Virus record (IMG/VR): IMGVR_UViG_3300024344_000019
Coordinates: 1-53,159 of that record
Strand: one strand, 5' to 3'
DNA from: a virus
Lineage: Duplodnaviria > Caudoviricetes
DNA length: 53,159 nt
Below are positions 19,129 through 29,206 of this stretch, one piece after another. The position numbers and the translations under genes are program-made. Position 1 is the stretch's first letter. Each line of letters starts with the position of its first letter. The notes beneath the pieces were generated by a model. That model did not search any database, was not told the origin of the DNA, and saw only the letters and a list, made by a program, of their open reading frames with translations.

Positions 19129-19159
19129 TATTTATATACTAACAGTACCGTTTTGTCAA
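19129..19159 (-). promoter_or_regulatory. Overlapping sigma70/late promoter
   Basis: TTGACA(19159-19154)-17-TATAAA, the -10 being part of TATAAATA (19136-19129). Confidence 0.65.
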
Positions 19160-19162
19160 GCG

Positions 19163-19930
19163 TTATCTAGGTATTGCTTTGCATTTAAACACTAGTGAAA
19201 CTCTGAATTTATCACTCTCTACTGCTCTTGCAACATGGGGTATTCTAGCGTCAAACAATACAACACGCCCTGCCCTTGGCCAATATGATTTTACAATGTT
19301 CATATTAGGGTCACCATTAAGACCATAAGGTGTATTGATTGCCATTGCTTTCATTTCATCATCTAGATTAGGTGTCCAAAACTCTATCGTACCACCATCT
19401 TCTGGTCGCCAGTCAGGTGTTAGATATACAATGACTGTATATTGGTCGCCAGTCCATCCATCAATATGAATACCGCCAGATTGACCTGCGTGATGTCCGT
19501 TAAGATAATGTCTTAATAGTTTTGCACCAGGATTTACTTTATCCCAAATCTCTTGTACCCAATCTTGTTCAATTTCATAATCAACTTCTTTAGTATCACT
19601 ACCACCTAAATGAATATGTTTATAACCAGGTGTCTTTGCTTCGTTCTTCATTTTTTCAGACGAATACCAACCGTCTTGCCAATCCATATTCATTACAATA
19701 TCATAGTATTTTTTTATATCATCTTCGGGTATTGTGCCATCAGACGCTTGTATGATTTTATGATAGTCTCCGCCTTTTAAAGCGTCAGCCTTTATTGTAT
19801 AAACTTTATCAGTTTTTGTATCTGTAATTTGAAAGTTCTCAGGATCTTCTGGATTGCCTATTGACTCAATATCAAACTTTTTTGCTTGTGAAGTAAAATC
19901 TTTTTCAGGATCAATTATCTTGGTGGTCAT
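19163..19930 (-). CDS. 2OG-Fe(II) dioxygenase
   Basis: HID, YLTPDWRPEDGG, GRVVLFD..IPH, R-x-S; start revised to MTTKII. Confidence 0.88.
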   Translation of the reverse strand: MTTKIIDPEKDFTSQAKKFDIESIGNPEDPENFQITDTKTDKVYTIKADALKGGDYHKIIQASDGTIPEDDIKKYYDIVMNMDWQDGWYSSEKMKNEAKTPGYKHIHLGGSDTKEVDYEIEQDWVQEIWDKVNPGAKLLRHYLNGHHAGQSGGIHIDGWTGDQYTVIVYLTPDWRPEDGGTIEFWTPNLDDEMKAMAINTPYGLNGDPNMNIVKSYWPRAGRVVLFDARIPHVARAVESDKFRVSLVFKCKAIPR

Positions 19931-20243
19931 TTTTTTCTTCTTCTTCTTCAAATAGTATCATGGTAATTAAACTATAAATTGCCATGTCCATTAAAGTGTC
20001 TTTGATACTTTCTTCTTTAAATTTAAATTCACCTTTTTTGATGAAGTTACTTATACGAGCATACTTATCGCCCATACGAACAACGGAACCTTGCCAAGCA
20101 GGTATGCCTGATAATTCTGACAATCTAAAATTAGCAAAGATATCTTCATTTGCACCATAATCATGTCGTTTTTTATCGTGTAATGTTTTAATTACATCTA
20201 TGATTTCATAAAATCTTTTGCTTTGTTTGTTTATATCGTCCAT
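19911..20243 (-). CDS. DUF1599 / nucleotide-modification-associated (MazG-like helical) protein
   Basis: KKRHDYG..DIFANF, RMGDKYARI, ESIKDTLMDMAIYS. Confidence 0.75.
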   Translation of the reverse strand: MDDINKQSKRFYEIIDVIKTLHDKKRHDYGANEDIFANFRLSELSGIPAWQGSVVRMGDKYARISNFIKKGEFKFKEESIKDTLMDMAIYSLITMILFEEEEEKNDHQDN

Positions 20244-20482
20244 TATATTTTTCCTAGTGTTAAAAATTTAACTACTCCTCCTTGGTTCTCCCATTGTTTA
20301 TGTTTATTTTGATGGTCGCAAACTGCCTGTGCCTCATCTTCAAACTCAGACTCAGTTATGATACTGCCCGTTGGTCGTTCAATACATAACCAACGGACCT
20401 TACCTTGCCTCTTAACGAGTTTTACTTCATAAGAAATCTTATGTTTCTTTACTCTAGGTTTTTTTGCGACCTTTCTACCCAT
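20243..20482 (-). CDS. Small basic hypothetical protein
   Basis: Start revised to MGRKVAKKPR to avoid overlap with the upstream gene. Confidence 0.6.
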   Translation of the reverse strand: MGRKVAKKPRVKKHKISYEVKLVKRQGKVRWLCIERPTGSIITESEFEDEAQAVCDHQNKHKQWENQGGVVKFLTLGKI

Positions 20483-20498
20483 ACTACTCTGCTGGTGT

Positions 20499-20771
20499 TT
20501 ATGCAGGTGCTTCTTCAGCAGGTGCTTCGGCAGCGTCTGTTTTAACTTCTTCTGCCTTAGAAGTATCTTTAGGTGCTTCAGTTTCAGCAGCTGCAGGTAC
20601 ATTGTCCATAACAAACTTTGAATACCATTGAGATAGTATTTTAGAGTTTTGTTGTTCAACACTTGCTTTAGCAGCAGCGTTTTGATTTACACTTATTTGT
20701 ACGATAGCATGTTTCAATTCATTACTGAATTTAGTTTCATCATACCACTTTTCATTTATTTTAATAGCCAT
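20499..20771 (-). CDS. Hypothetical protein with Ala/Glu/Pro tail
   Basis: AAAGGAG RBS; IKINEKWYD start. Confidence 0.7.
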   Translation of the reverse strand: MAIKINEKWYDETKFSNELKHAIVQISVNQNAAAKASVEQQNSKILSQWYSKFVMDNVPAAAETEAPKDTSKAEEVKTDAAEAPAEEAPA

Positions 20772-20791
20772 TGTTTTCTCCTTTGTTACTA

Positions 20792-22168
20792 TTATATTTT
20801 AAAGTCTGAGAATTGCCCCAGCCTTTTAAATTTATCATTAGACGATACTGAGTCTTGCCCACTATCAACTAAATCAGATTGAGCGTTTTGTTCTACATCA
20901 TAGAAACGCATTTTAGACCTATCGACACCAAGTATAAACTTTCGATTTACAGTTGGGTCGTTGTATCTATTTTTAAGTTGTTTAACCATTATCTGGCTTT
21001 TTTCTTCTAGTTCTTCACTTGATATCAAAGCAAACATAAAGTCTGCTGTTGCAGGAAGACCAAAAGATTCTGAGGTATCTTCTAACCCCACATCGCTACT
21101 TACAAAACCACCACGAGTAGTTTGTGTAGCAGAGAATATTGGAATATCATTTTCTACAGCAAGACCTCTTAATTCTTCAGCGATTGCCTTGATGTAAGTA
21201 TAACTGTTTACATTTGCACCAGACTTAAATCTAGATGAAGCACAAATATTTAGATAGTCAACAAATACAATATCTGGTTTAAATGACTTTTTCAATGCAA
21301 GTTCACTAATCAAATTTTTAAAGTGACCTGTGTGAGCAGTAGCAGTTGGATATTCTTTGATGATTAATGTGCCTGTTGTCTTACTTTGTAGTTTGTTAAT
21401 CTTTGTCTCATACATTGTATATGGTAGTTCTTCTAAATCACTCATGCCAACATTTAATAAATTAGCGTCTATTCTTTCAGCGATTCTTTCTTCAGCCATC
21501 TCCATAGTAATATACAAAACATTTTTACCTTGTAGTAATACAGACGAAGCAAGGTGTGTCATAAACATTGTTTTACCTACACCAGTACCTGCAAGACAAA
21601 TATTTAAAGTCTTACTCGGTATACCACCTCTTGTAATCTTATTAAAAAATTCTAAATCTAATTCTAATCTTTCTTCTTTCTTTTTATAGAAATCATATCT
21701 CTCTTTTGATTCTTGTAAATAATCATGCCCAACTTTTTGGTCAAAAGACACACCCAAAGCATTTGATAATAATTCAGGTAAATATTCTGGTGTATGGTTC
21801 TTATCTTTACCATCTATAATTTGAATACCATTTAAAATAGCATTATGTATAGAACGGTCTTTACAAAACTTTTCTGTTGTCTCAACTAACCAATCTAGAT
21901 TAACTGGTTCTGGATTTAAAGTAGATAGTATATCAGTAACCTTTTTATATTCATCTTCATTGATACTCTTATTACTATTAATTTCAATTGATAAAGATTC
22001 TTTTGTCGGAAGATTATTATACTTGTTTACAAACTTATAGATTTCAGTAAATAATACTTTTTCTAATCTATCTGAAAAATATTCTTCTTTGATAAAAGGC
22101 AAAACCTTTCTACAATACTTTTCATTATGAATTAAATTACGAAGTGCTGTTCTTTCAATTCTCTCCAT
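20792..22168 (-). CDS. 41: Replicative helicase (gp41)
   Basis: Walker A AGTGVGKT, YITMEMAEE, FVDYLNIC, SESFGLPATAD, KQLKNRY. Confidence 0.97.
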   Translation of the reverse strand: MERIERTALRNLIHNEKYCRKVLPFIKEEYFSDRLEKVLFTEIYKFVNKYNNLPTKESLSIEINSNKSINEDEYKKVTDILSTLNPEPVNLDWLVETTEKFCKDRSIHNAILNGIQIIDGKDKNHTPEYLPELLSNALGVSFDQKVGHDYLQESKERYDFYKKKEERLELDLEFFNKITRGGIPSKTLNICLAGTGVGKTMFMTHLASSVLLQGKNVLYITMEMAEERIAERIDANLLNVGMSDLEELPYTMYETKINKLQSKTTGTLIIKEYPTATAHTGHFKNLISELALKKSFKPDIVFVDYLNICASSRFKSGANVNSYTYIKAIAEELRGLAVENDIPIFSATQTTRGGFVSSDVGLEDTSESFGLPATADFMFALISSEELEEKSQIMVKQLKNRYNDPTVNRKFILGVDRSKMRFYDVEQNAQSDLVDSGQDSVSSNDKFKRLGQFSDFKI

Positions 22169-22493
22169 TAAGTTCCTTTTTCTCCTTCAATTGTTCATCA
22201 AGTAATACAACTAAAATATCACCGATATGATTTATAAATTCTTGACTATCTGTATCTGCACCTATCTTATTTTCAATAACTGTATAATCAAACACCATAG
22301 GTAAAGCACCATCTGGTGTTTTTTCTGACTCTGGTCTAAATCCTACATTACCATATTTAAGAACTATACTTGCATATGGTCCACTAATCAGTTTAATGCC
22401 TGTAAAGTCCTCTCCAGGTTTTTCTACAAACACATAATCTTCTTGGTGTTTAGGACTTGTCGTCTTGTGGGTCGGTGGTATCTTCGGTGTCAA
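22155..22493 (-). CDS. Hypothetical protein, positional gp40 (head vertex assembly chaperone) candidate
   Basis: Sits between uvsX and 41 as gene 40 does in T4; similar size. Confidence 0.5.
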   Translation of the reverse strand: MTPKIPPTHKTTSPKHQEDYVFVEKPGEDFTGIKLISGPYASIVLKYGNVGFRPESEKTPDGALPMVFDYTVIENKIGADTDSQEFINHIGDILVVLLDEQLKEKKELNGEN

Positions 22494-23508
22494 CTACATC
22501 TCCATACTTAAATTCTTTAGCACAAACTTCATCTAACTTTTCTAATATCTCTGGTGTAAAATACTTTTCAGGATTATTATTAATTGTTTTACCAAATGTT
22601 TTACTACCATCTGGCAATTCTACCCTTGTTGATACTGATTTAAATATATTATGTTTTAATGCTAAATCTAATAAGCCATAATATCTATCTAAACCTTTAT
22701 CATAAGTTAAACGAACATCTACTACTTTATTTTCTTTTGTCAATCTGGACTTGTAATTTTTACAATGAATAATATTACCAATAATTTCTGTTCCGTCTTT
22801 TTCTTTTCTCTTAGAAAGATAGACGATAGAACTAGCTGCATATTTCAGACCAGAACCACCACCCATTTCTTTTGTTGGGAACATACTACCGATAACATCA
22901 TAAGTATGATTTGTTATGATAAGGGGAACTTTTGCCTTACCTAGTTTTAATGTTAATACTCTAAAGGCAGCTTTAACAATCTGTGCCCTTGTCATATCTT
23001 TTGTTTCTTTACCTGCCTGTGTATCTTCTATTTCTTTAGTTGTTGATAACATACCTAAAGAATCTAATACAAGCAATAATGGTTTTCTTTCAGACTTATC
23101 TTGAGCAATATATTTGTCTAATACTGTCAATGATTGATGTCTAAATTCTTGAACAGTAGTTACTGGCATTACAACCATTCTACTACTATCAATTTGTCGT
23201 TCTTCAATAATCTCTTTTGATACTGCTGATTCTGATTCAAAGAATATAACACCACCATCAGGATTTTGGTCTAGAAAATGTTTACACATACCTAGTACAA
23301 AGAAAGTTTTACCCGTAGCACTTTCACCTGCAATAGCAGTTATTTTATTTGATGGTAAACCTTTGTTTATACCACCACCTAATAATGCGTTGAATATATA
23401 AGAACCTGTATCAATAAAATCTGTTACGTCACCTGACGCACCATCTGATACTAAACTAGCATATTCATTACCAGTTTCTTTAATTATGTCTTTCAAAAAA
23501 TCACTCAT
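22450..23508 (-). CDS. uvsX: RecA-like recombinase
   Basis: [37 protein letters not shown]. Confidence 0.96.
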   Translation of the reverse strand: MSDFLKDIIKETGNEYASLVSDGASGDVTDFIDTGSYIFNALLGGGINKGLPSNKITAIAGESATGKTFFVLGMCKHFLDQNPDGGVIFFESESAVSKEIIEERQIDSSRMVVMPVTTVQEFRHQSLTVLDKYIAQDKSERKPLLLVLDSLGMLSTTKEIEDTQAGKETKDMTRAQIVKAAFRVLTLKLGKAKVPLIITNHTYDVIGSMFPTKEMGGGSGLKYAASSIVYLSKRKEKDGTEIIGNIIHCKNYKSRLTKENKVVDVRLTYDKGLDRYYGLLDLALKHNIFKSVSTRVELPDGSKTFGKTINNNPEKYFTPEILEKLDEVCAKEFKYGDVVDTEDTTDPQDDKS

Positions 23509-23680
23509 TATCTGTTACCTCTATTTTATATTCTTTGTCATTTTCTCTTTGTTTAAAATTACCAGCATATTCTACTTCTCTTTTTTTACCGCCTGGCATA
23601 CCATCGATATATGTAGAGTGAAACTCCCACTCACTTTTTTTCTTGCCATCTATTGTTCGAGAATAAACTGTTACTGTCAT
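23501..23680 (-). CDS. Small hypothetical protein (59 aa)
   Basis: Hand-translated [27 protein letters not shown]...; fills the gap after a promoter, overlaps the uvsX start. Confidence 0.6.
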   Translation of the reverse strand: MTVTVYSRTIDGKKKSEWEFHSTYIDGMPGGKKREVEYAGNFKQRENDKEYKIEVTDNE

Positions 23681-23690
23681 TTTGATTTAT

Positions 23691-23719
23691 ATTATACACT
23701 ATATATAATTTTTTGTCAA
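23691..23719 (-). promoter_or_regulatory. sigma70-type promoter
   Basis: TTGACA-17-TATAAT, perfect consensus. Confidence 0.8.
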
Positions 23720-25044
23720 GCAAAGAACTCATCTAAAGTTGCCTTTCTTGAATTTTTAAATAGGTCTGTTTCTGGTCCAAAACACCAAACATTTTCTATA
23801 AACATCTTATTCATAAAGTCTGCCTTTTCTTGCTCATCTTTAAATAATGTATCTGATTTTGGTCGTTGCATAATTCTCATGCCAATCTGACCAAGAAATT
23901 TATCTTTAAACTTATCTACCAATTCATCGCCAGAACGATATCTAATACCGTGTATCTTTGGATCCATAATATTTACAAACATGAACTTAGATACTTCCAT
24001 AGTTTTTTCTGCAACTGGTAAATAAAACTCATCACGCCATTTATCATACTCGTTGAACTTATGCCATGATTGGTCCTCTTGATGTTCCCCACCTTTGTTA
24101 TATTGTTCGGTAGAGAAGTATGGTGGACTTGTAAATGCAACATCAATCTTTGGTAGTTTGTGATATGGTAAATCTTCAGCACCACATCTCCATATGTGAA
24201 CCTTTTTAGGTTTATCTAAAAATTTATTATATGTTGCAATCTGTTCTTGATATCTTTGGTAAGTATTAGGATTAGGATCACAGCCATAATATTCTTCAGC
24301 GTCTGAAGCAAAGAAACCTGCAAGTCTATCACCCCAACCACAACTTGTATCTAATACAGTTTTAGCATTTGTGATATCATAGATTGCCTTTGCAACGACA
24401 GGTTTAAATTGTGTTGCAATATAAGTACCTAATCTAAATGCTGATATATAACTTTTTTCATCTAACTGACCACCGACTAGTTTCTCTGTTTCAGTACCAT
24501 CTAATTCTTTTATCTTTGTAAGTTTAACTCCATTTATACCTCGCCATATGGGTCCTAGGCATTTCCAGATAGCATAGGCATCACCGTTCTCCCAAACTTC
24601 TTTAGGTGCTCGAAAGCCATAACTACTACATTCTAATCTCAAATCTTGCATGAAATAATTACTTACATCATTAAAGGTACTAGCACCATTTATTAAGCCA
24701 AGACCCCACTTACTATAAGAGTATTTGTAATCATCATACTTTTCAAATACTTCTTTTTCTACTTGCTCATTAGGAATGCAAATGGTACTAGTATCAAACT
24801 TTTTAAGATTGGCAAATGCTGTTCTCATATCTTCTTTTGTAATTTCTTTGAGAGGAAAGACTGGTCTTTCACTAGCAATATAGTCTGCCAAGTGTGTTCT
24901 CATCTTCTCTTTTCCGTACTCAGCGTTCATTTTTTCGAAGATACTTGATGTCAAGACAGGTAGTTTTCCGTCTGTAGCGGCGGCTATGAGACGGTTATAT
25001 AGTGTATTATCTCTAATATAGTGTGTAAATGCGTTTTCTTTCAT
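23716..25044 (-). CDS. Amino (N4-C/N6-A) DNA methyltransferase with C-terminal clamp-binding-like motif
   Basis: SAM motif LDTSCGWGDRL, GCDPN, catalytic FTSPPYF; ends KATLDEFFA. Confidence 0.88.
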   Translation of the reverse strand: MKENAFTHYIRDNTLYNRLIAAATDGKLPVLTSSIFEKMNAEYGKEKMRTHLADYIASERPVFPLKEITKEDMRTAFANLKKFDTSTICIPNEQVEKEVFEKYDDYKYSYSKWGLGLINGASTFNDVSNYFMQDLRLECSSYGFRAPKEVWENGDAYAIWKCLGPIWRGINGVKLTKIKELDGTETEKLVGGQLDEKSYISAFRLGTYIATQFKPVVAKAIYDITNAKTVLDTSCGWGDRLAGFFASDAEEYYGCDPNPNTYQRYQEQIATYNKFLDKPKKVHIWRCGAEDLPYHKLPKIDVAFTSPPYFSTEQYNKGGEHQEDQSWHKFNEYDKWRDEFYLPVAEKTMEVSKFMFVNIMDPKIHGIRYRSGDELVDKFKDKFLGQIGMRIMQRPKSDTLFKDEQEKADFMNKMFIENVWCFGPETDLFKNSRKATLDEFFA

Positions 25045-27539
25045 TAGAAGAAGTTATCCAGGGTTGCTTGTTTTTCAAAATTCCAGTTGATTGCATTGAC
25101 AATAAATCGTAATGGTTCTAAAAATGACTTGTCAAACTGCTCATCAAAATCAATATATTGGTGTAGATTAAATTCTTTTGGTAAGTGTGTTGGGAAAGAT
25201 ATCACCTTTTCTCTTAATGGATTAGGTTCTTTTAAAACAATAAATTTAATCTTATCGCCTTCTTGTATTACTTCATACTTTCTTAATTTGTTTTTCTTTA
25301 GTAAATTATTATACAGTAGAGCACCTTTCACATGAATTGGTGTTGACTTTTGATATATGTCTGTTGATGAAGAATACTTTTTAAGATTATTACATGAACG
25401 AGGATAAGCAATTTCTTCTGGTCGTAACTTTTTGAAATGTGTTCTAAACTCATCAATAAATTGTATCAAAGCATTTTCATCTTTATTCATAATTACTTTC
25501 AATGCCTCTTTAATCTTGATACGACAAGGGGCAGGAGTTGAACTCTTAACTGCTTCAATACCCATAATCTTTAATTTAGGTTCTTTCAAATCAACACCTT
25601 CTTCATTATAAACATTTAAGATATATCTTTTCTTAGCAGTCCAGATACCTTTGTTTGCAATTACTTCTCGTTTCATAATCATTTTTTGGTCAAATGCTTT
25701 TACATATTTAGCAAGATTATCATAACTCTTATCAATTGCAATTTGTAATTTTTCTTCACAAAATTTATCTAGAACTTTTACAATCTTTCTTGTATCAGAT
25801 TTATCTTTAAATATTTTATCTACAACTGCACCAAGTTTTACATAGATAGAATCAGTATCAGAAGCCACAACATAAACTACGTTTTTAGTTTTAAGTAAAT
25901 TATTTAAATAATTATTTACGTCTCTTTCAATCCATCTAATCGCAAGTTGACCTGCCTTTGTAATACCTTCAGCGTGTCTTACATCAAAATATTTAAAGTA
26001 TTGATTGCCGATAGCACCATAGGCACTATTCAAAGCAATCTTTCTTGCAAGTTGAATATTATGGTTAGCAGCGATATCATTTAATAATCTTTTATCACCA
26101 GTTTCTTGATACAAAGATTTTGCTTCTAACATTTTCTTTTTATATACAACTCGTTCTTTATAAAGTTTCTCCATCAACTTAGGAAGAAAACCTCGTTTGT
26201 CTGTACGAAACTGAGCACCGTTTGGTGTTATGGTACAACCATCTAAATGAGATAAATCAGATTCTTGATTTAACATTTTTTCAACACTTACAGAATTAGG
26301 TTCAAACCCGACCATTGTTTCAGGAGATATATTATACTGCATAATCAAATGAGGATATAGACTATTCAAATCAAAACTACAAATCCAATCGTGAAAACCT
26401 ACAACTGGATCTTTTACATATGCACCTTCATAACCACCAGAATATTCGTTTTCATTTACAGCAGGACAAACAAGTTTATTCTCTTTTAGATAATTAAATA
26501 TAATTGTATCCCACATACGAACTTGACCAAATACATCTTGATAATTAACTTTTGCTTCATAGGCCATAGTTAAGTGTAAAGCAATCAACTGCATTTTATC
26601 TTCTAACTTATCAACTATCTCAACGTCTTGAATATTATACTCTACAAATAATTGATAGTCGTTAGAATAAAACTCTTTGAAAGTATCATATGGATTCTCT
26701 AATTTATTTTCACCTAATTCTACTTCACCGATATAATCTAGTTTATAACTTTCTTGTCTAACAAATGTATGTTTACGATATAAGTCAAGATAATCTAAAA
26801 CTGAAACACCTAAAATATCATAATAGTTTTGTTCTTTGTTAAAACCTTTAGCAGTTATTCTTGCACTACTTTGATTTACGATACCCCAAGGACTAAACTG
26901 ATTTAAATATTCATCGCCCATAAGATATTTAAATCGATTCATTAAATAAGGAATATCAAAGAACTTAACATTCCAACCAGTTACAACATCTGGATTATAA
27001 GCAGTCCAGAACTTTGTAAACTTTTGTATTAAATCTCTTTCAGTAGAACATTTAAAATATTTTACATCATCACGGTCATTGACAAAGTTGCCACATCCAA
27101 AAACAATAATACTTTTTCTTGCATGGTCTTTTACAGTAATACAGATTAAAGGTTCTTCAGCCTTATCTACATCAGGAAAACCATTTTCACTTTCACACTC
27201 AATGTCAATTGTGATTAATCTTATTTGTTTAATATCCCAATCAACTTTGCCTGGGAACTCATCTGCGATATATGGATATTGAAATCTTGTATTACCAAAA
27301 TATTCAAAGTTAGTTACATCTTTGTATTCGTCAATCCATTTTCTTGCCTCGAACATACTATCATGTTCAATCTTTGCTACATTACGACCATCTAATGTTT
27401 TATATCCTGTTTCTTTTTGAACAGGTGTAAACAAAGACGGTTTGTAATTTACTCTAAACTTTTTGTGGCTGCCATCATGGTTAACTCCTCTTACTAAGAG
27501 TCGACCTTTATATGGCAGCACACTAGTATAAAATTTCAC
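25044..27539 (-). CDS. 43: Family B DNA polymerase (gp43)
   Basis: DIECE, FDIPY, FDLNSLYP, KIALNSAYG, ASDTDS; ends QATLDNFF; GTG start. Confidence 0.98.
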   Translation of the reverse strand: MKFYTSVLPYKGRLLVRGVNHDGSHKKFRVNYKPSLFTPVQKETGYKTLDGRNVAKIEHDSMFEARKWIDEYKDVTNFEYFGNTRFQYPYIADEFPGKVDWDIKQIRLITIDIECESENGFPDVDKAEEPLICITVKDHARKSIIVFGCGNFVNDRDDVKYFKCSTERDLIQKFTKFWTAYNPDVVTGWNVKFFDIPYLMNRFKYLMGDEYLNQFSPWGIVNQSSARITAKGFNKEQNYYDILGVSVLDYLDLYRKHTFVRQESYKLDYIGEVELGENKLENPYDTFKEFYSNDYQLFVEYNIQDVEIVDKLEDKMQLIALHLTMAYEAKVNYQDVFGQVRMWDTIIFNYLKENKLVCPAVNENEYSGGYEGAYVKDPVVGFHDWICSFDLNSLYPHLIMQYNISPETMVGFEPNSVSVEKMLNQESDLSHLDGCTITPNGAQFRTDKRGFLPKLMEKLYKERVVYKKKMLEAKSLYQETGDKRLLNDIAANHNIQLARKIALNSAYGAIGNQYFKYFDVRHAEGITKAGQLAIRWIERDVNNYLNNLLKTKNVVYVVASDTDSIYVKLGAVVDKIFKDKSDTRKIVKVLDKFCEEKLQIAIDKSYDNLAKYVKAFDQKMIMKREVIANKGIWTAKKRYILNVYNEEGVDLKEPKLKIMGIEAVKSSTPAPCRIKIKEALKVIMNKDENALIQFIDEFRTHFKKLRPEEIAYPRSCNNLKKYSSSTDIYQKSTPIHVKGALLYNNLLKKNKLRKYEVIQEGDKIKFIVLKEPNPLREKVISFPTHLPKEFNLHQYIDFDEQFDKSFLEPLRFIVNAINWNFEKQATLDNFF

Positions 27540-27769
27540 TATATTTGTGTATTATTAAAATGTTTATTTAACGAATGTATTTTTTCTTCGGCAGTTGATA
27601 TTATTTCTAACTGTTTATCCATTTCACTAATGTGTTGTGGATGTTCGCCGATACCTACTGAATTATCAAAATATACAATTAAAGTAGCATACGCTTCTGC
27701 TATCTGTGCTTCGTATCTTTTTGACAATGCCTTGAATAACGGATTGTCTGCTTGGTGATTTTTAGCCAT
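27539..27769 (-). CDS. Conserved small hypothetical protein
   Basis: NSVGIGEHPQ motif, AAGGAG RBS, TTTACA-17-TATAAT promoter at 27795-27823. Confidence 0.7.
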   Translation of the reverse strand: MAKNHQADNPLFKALSKRYEAQIAEAYATLIVYFDNSVGIGEHPQHISEMDKQLEIISTAEEKIHSLNKHFNNTQI

Positions 27770-27826
27770 GTTTGTTCACTCCTTTTCATAACATATTATA
27801 ACACAATACAATTGATTTGTAAAGCG

Positions 27827-29206
27827 TTAATCTAAACTATATTTTGTCGTAACGACATATTTTCTGTCTGGATTTACCATAACATTTACTCTACTCATAA
27901 ACTCTCGGTCAAATAGAATTGGTGTTCTATCTTCTCTATCATCTAAAGTAAATTCTGTTTCATACATAGTACCTAGAAACTCCACATCTAGTTTAATGAC
28001 ATATCTGGTTTCGTCATAGTCTCTTAAACCGCCTACTGATATTTCTTCTTGTCGAATGATATCACTTGTGATAGTTTTATCTAGTAAAGACCATGTAATC
28101 TTTTTACCATTAACTTTCATTTTATCAGCATGAATAACTGACATGCCTGAATTACCTGTATCAAACTTAGCGATAATTTCACCAAATGGTTTGATAGTTA
28201 CAATTTCTTTGTAACCACACTCACTTGGTACTTTGACCCAATTCTTTTTCTCAGCAAAAAATTCTATAATTTCTTTACTAATATTTTGACCACTTGCTTC
28301 TTCCATACCTTCAGTACCAGGAGATGAGTTTACCTCAATCACAAATGGAGGCTCTTTTTCTCTATTCTTACTTGGTATAAAGTCAACAGCAGTCCATAGT
28401 CCATTAACTGCTTTTGCAGCCTTTAAACTTTCTTCTATTTCTAATTCTGTTAGTTCAATTTTTTCTGGTTTAGAACCTTGCGATACGTTACTTCTAAAGT
28501 CACCTTCAATAACAGGTCGCTTCATTGTAGCAAGTATCTTGCCGCCTAAGACTAATACTCTAACATCATAATCTGTTTTAATATATTCTTGTAAAAGTAA
28601 ATCTGTATCTTCGTCTTGTTTGTAAATTAATTGTACAATACTGTCTAATGCTTTTTCTGATTCAATAAACAATACACCAACACCTTTTGACCCCCTTAAA
28701 GTTTTCATAATCACAGGCATTTGTGTATCTAGTTTATCAAATGCTAGTGCTGATTTTTCTGGATCGTTTATTAAAGTAGTTTTAGGTTGTCGAATACCAT
28801 AATCAGAAAGTCTTAGTGCTGTTCTATATTTGTCTGTACAAATATTGATTGTTTGCCTACTATTGATGACACAAACACTATGTTTTTCTAATGAAGATAT
28901 AATATCCATCCAACTATCTTTTCTGACAACTGAACCTCTTATGATTGCGATTGTGTCTTTACCTGAAACTTCAAAACCTTTTTCATCTTCTTTATTATGT
29001 AATCTAAAAATACCATCTTCGTATGAAGTATAACCACCAGTTAGTTTATACAGATAATGTTTCCATCCTAATTTCTCTGCTTCTTCTTTGAGTCTATCAG
29101 CAGTATGAAAGGTCTTTGCCTTTTCAGGCTCATCTGTTATAATCAGTAGTTTATACTTTTCAGTTTTAGCTTCTGTTATAAAGTCTTTAAACTTCGGTGC
29201 CTTCAT
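27827..29206 (-). CDS. RimK-like ATP-grasp ligase fused to retropepsin-like (RimB-type) protease domain
   Basis: GSKGVGV, LLQEYI, DVRVLV, DFRSNVSQG, IEVNSSPG; C-terminal AKFDTGN ... EFTLDDR ... PILFDREF. Confidence 0.87.
   Translation of the reverse strand: MKAPKFKDFITEAKTEKYKLLIITDEPEKAKTFHTADRLKEEAEKLGWKHYLYKLTGGYTSYEDGIFRLHNKEDEKGFEVSGKDTIAIIRGSVVRKDSWMDIISSLEKHSVCVINSRQTINICTDKYRTALRLSDYGIRQPKTTLINDPEKSALAFDKLDTQMPVIMKTLRGSKGVGVLFIESEKALDSIVQLIYKQDEDTDLLLQEYIKTDYDVRVLVLGGKILATMKRPVIEGDFRSNVSQGSKPEKIELTELEIEESLKAAKAVNGLWTAVDFIPSKNREKEPPFVIEVNSSPGTEGMEEASGQNISKEIIEFFAEKKNWVKVPSECGYKEIVTIKPFGEIIAKFDTGNSGMSVIHADKMKVNGKKITWSLLDKTITSDIIRQEEISVGGLRDYDETRYVIKLDVEFLGTMYETEFTLDDREDRTPILFDREFMSRVNVMVNPDRKYVVTTKYSLD

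Noticed and set aside
20482-20662. Long N-terminal extension of ORF 20243-20662
   Set aside because: Overlaps the 20499-20771 gene, which has a strong RBS; the start at 20482 is more plausible
25044-27539. Intein, intron or split in the DNA polymerase (also checked nrdA, 41, uvsX)
   Set aside because: Lengths are normal and motifs are contiguous and in frame
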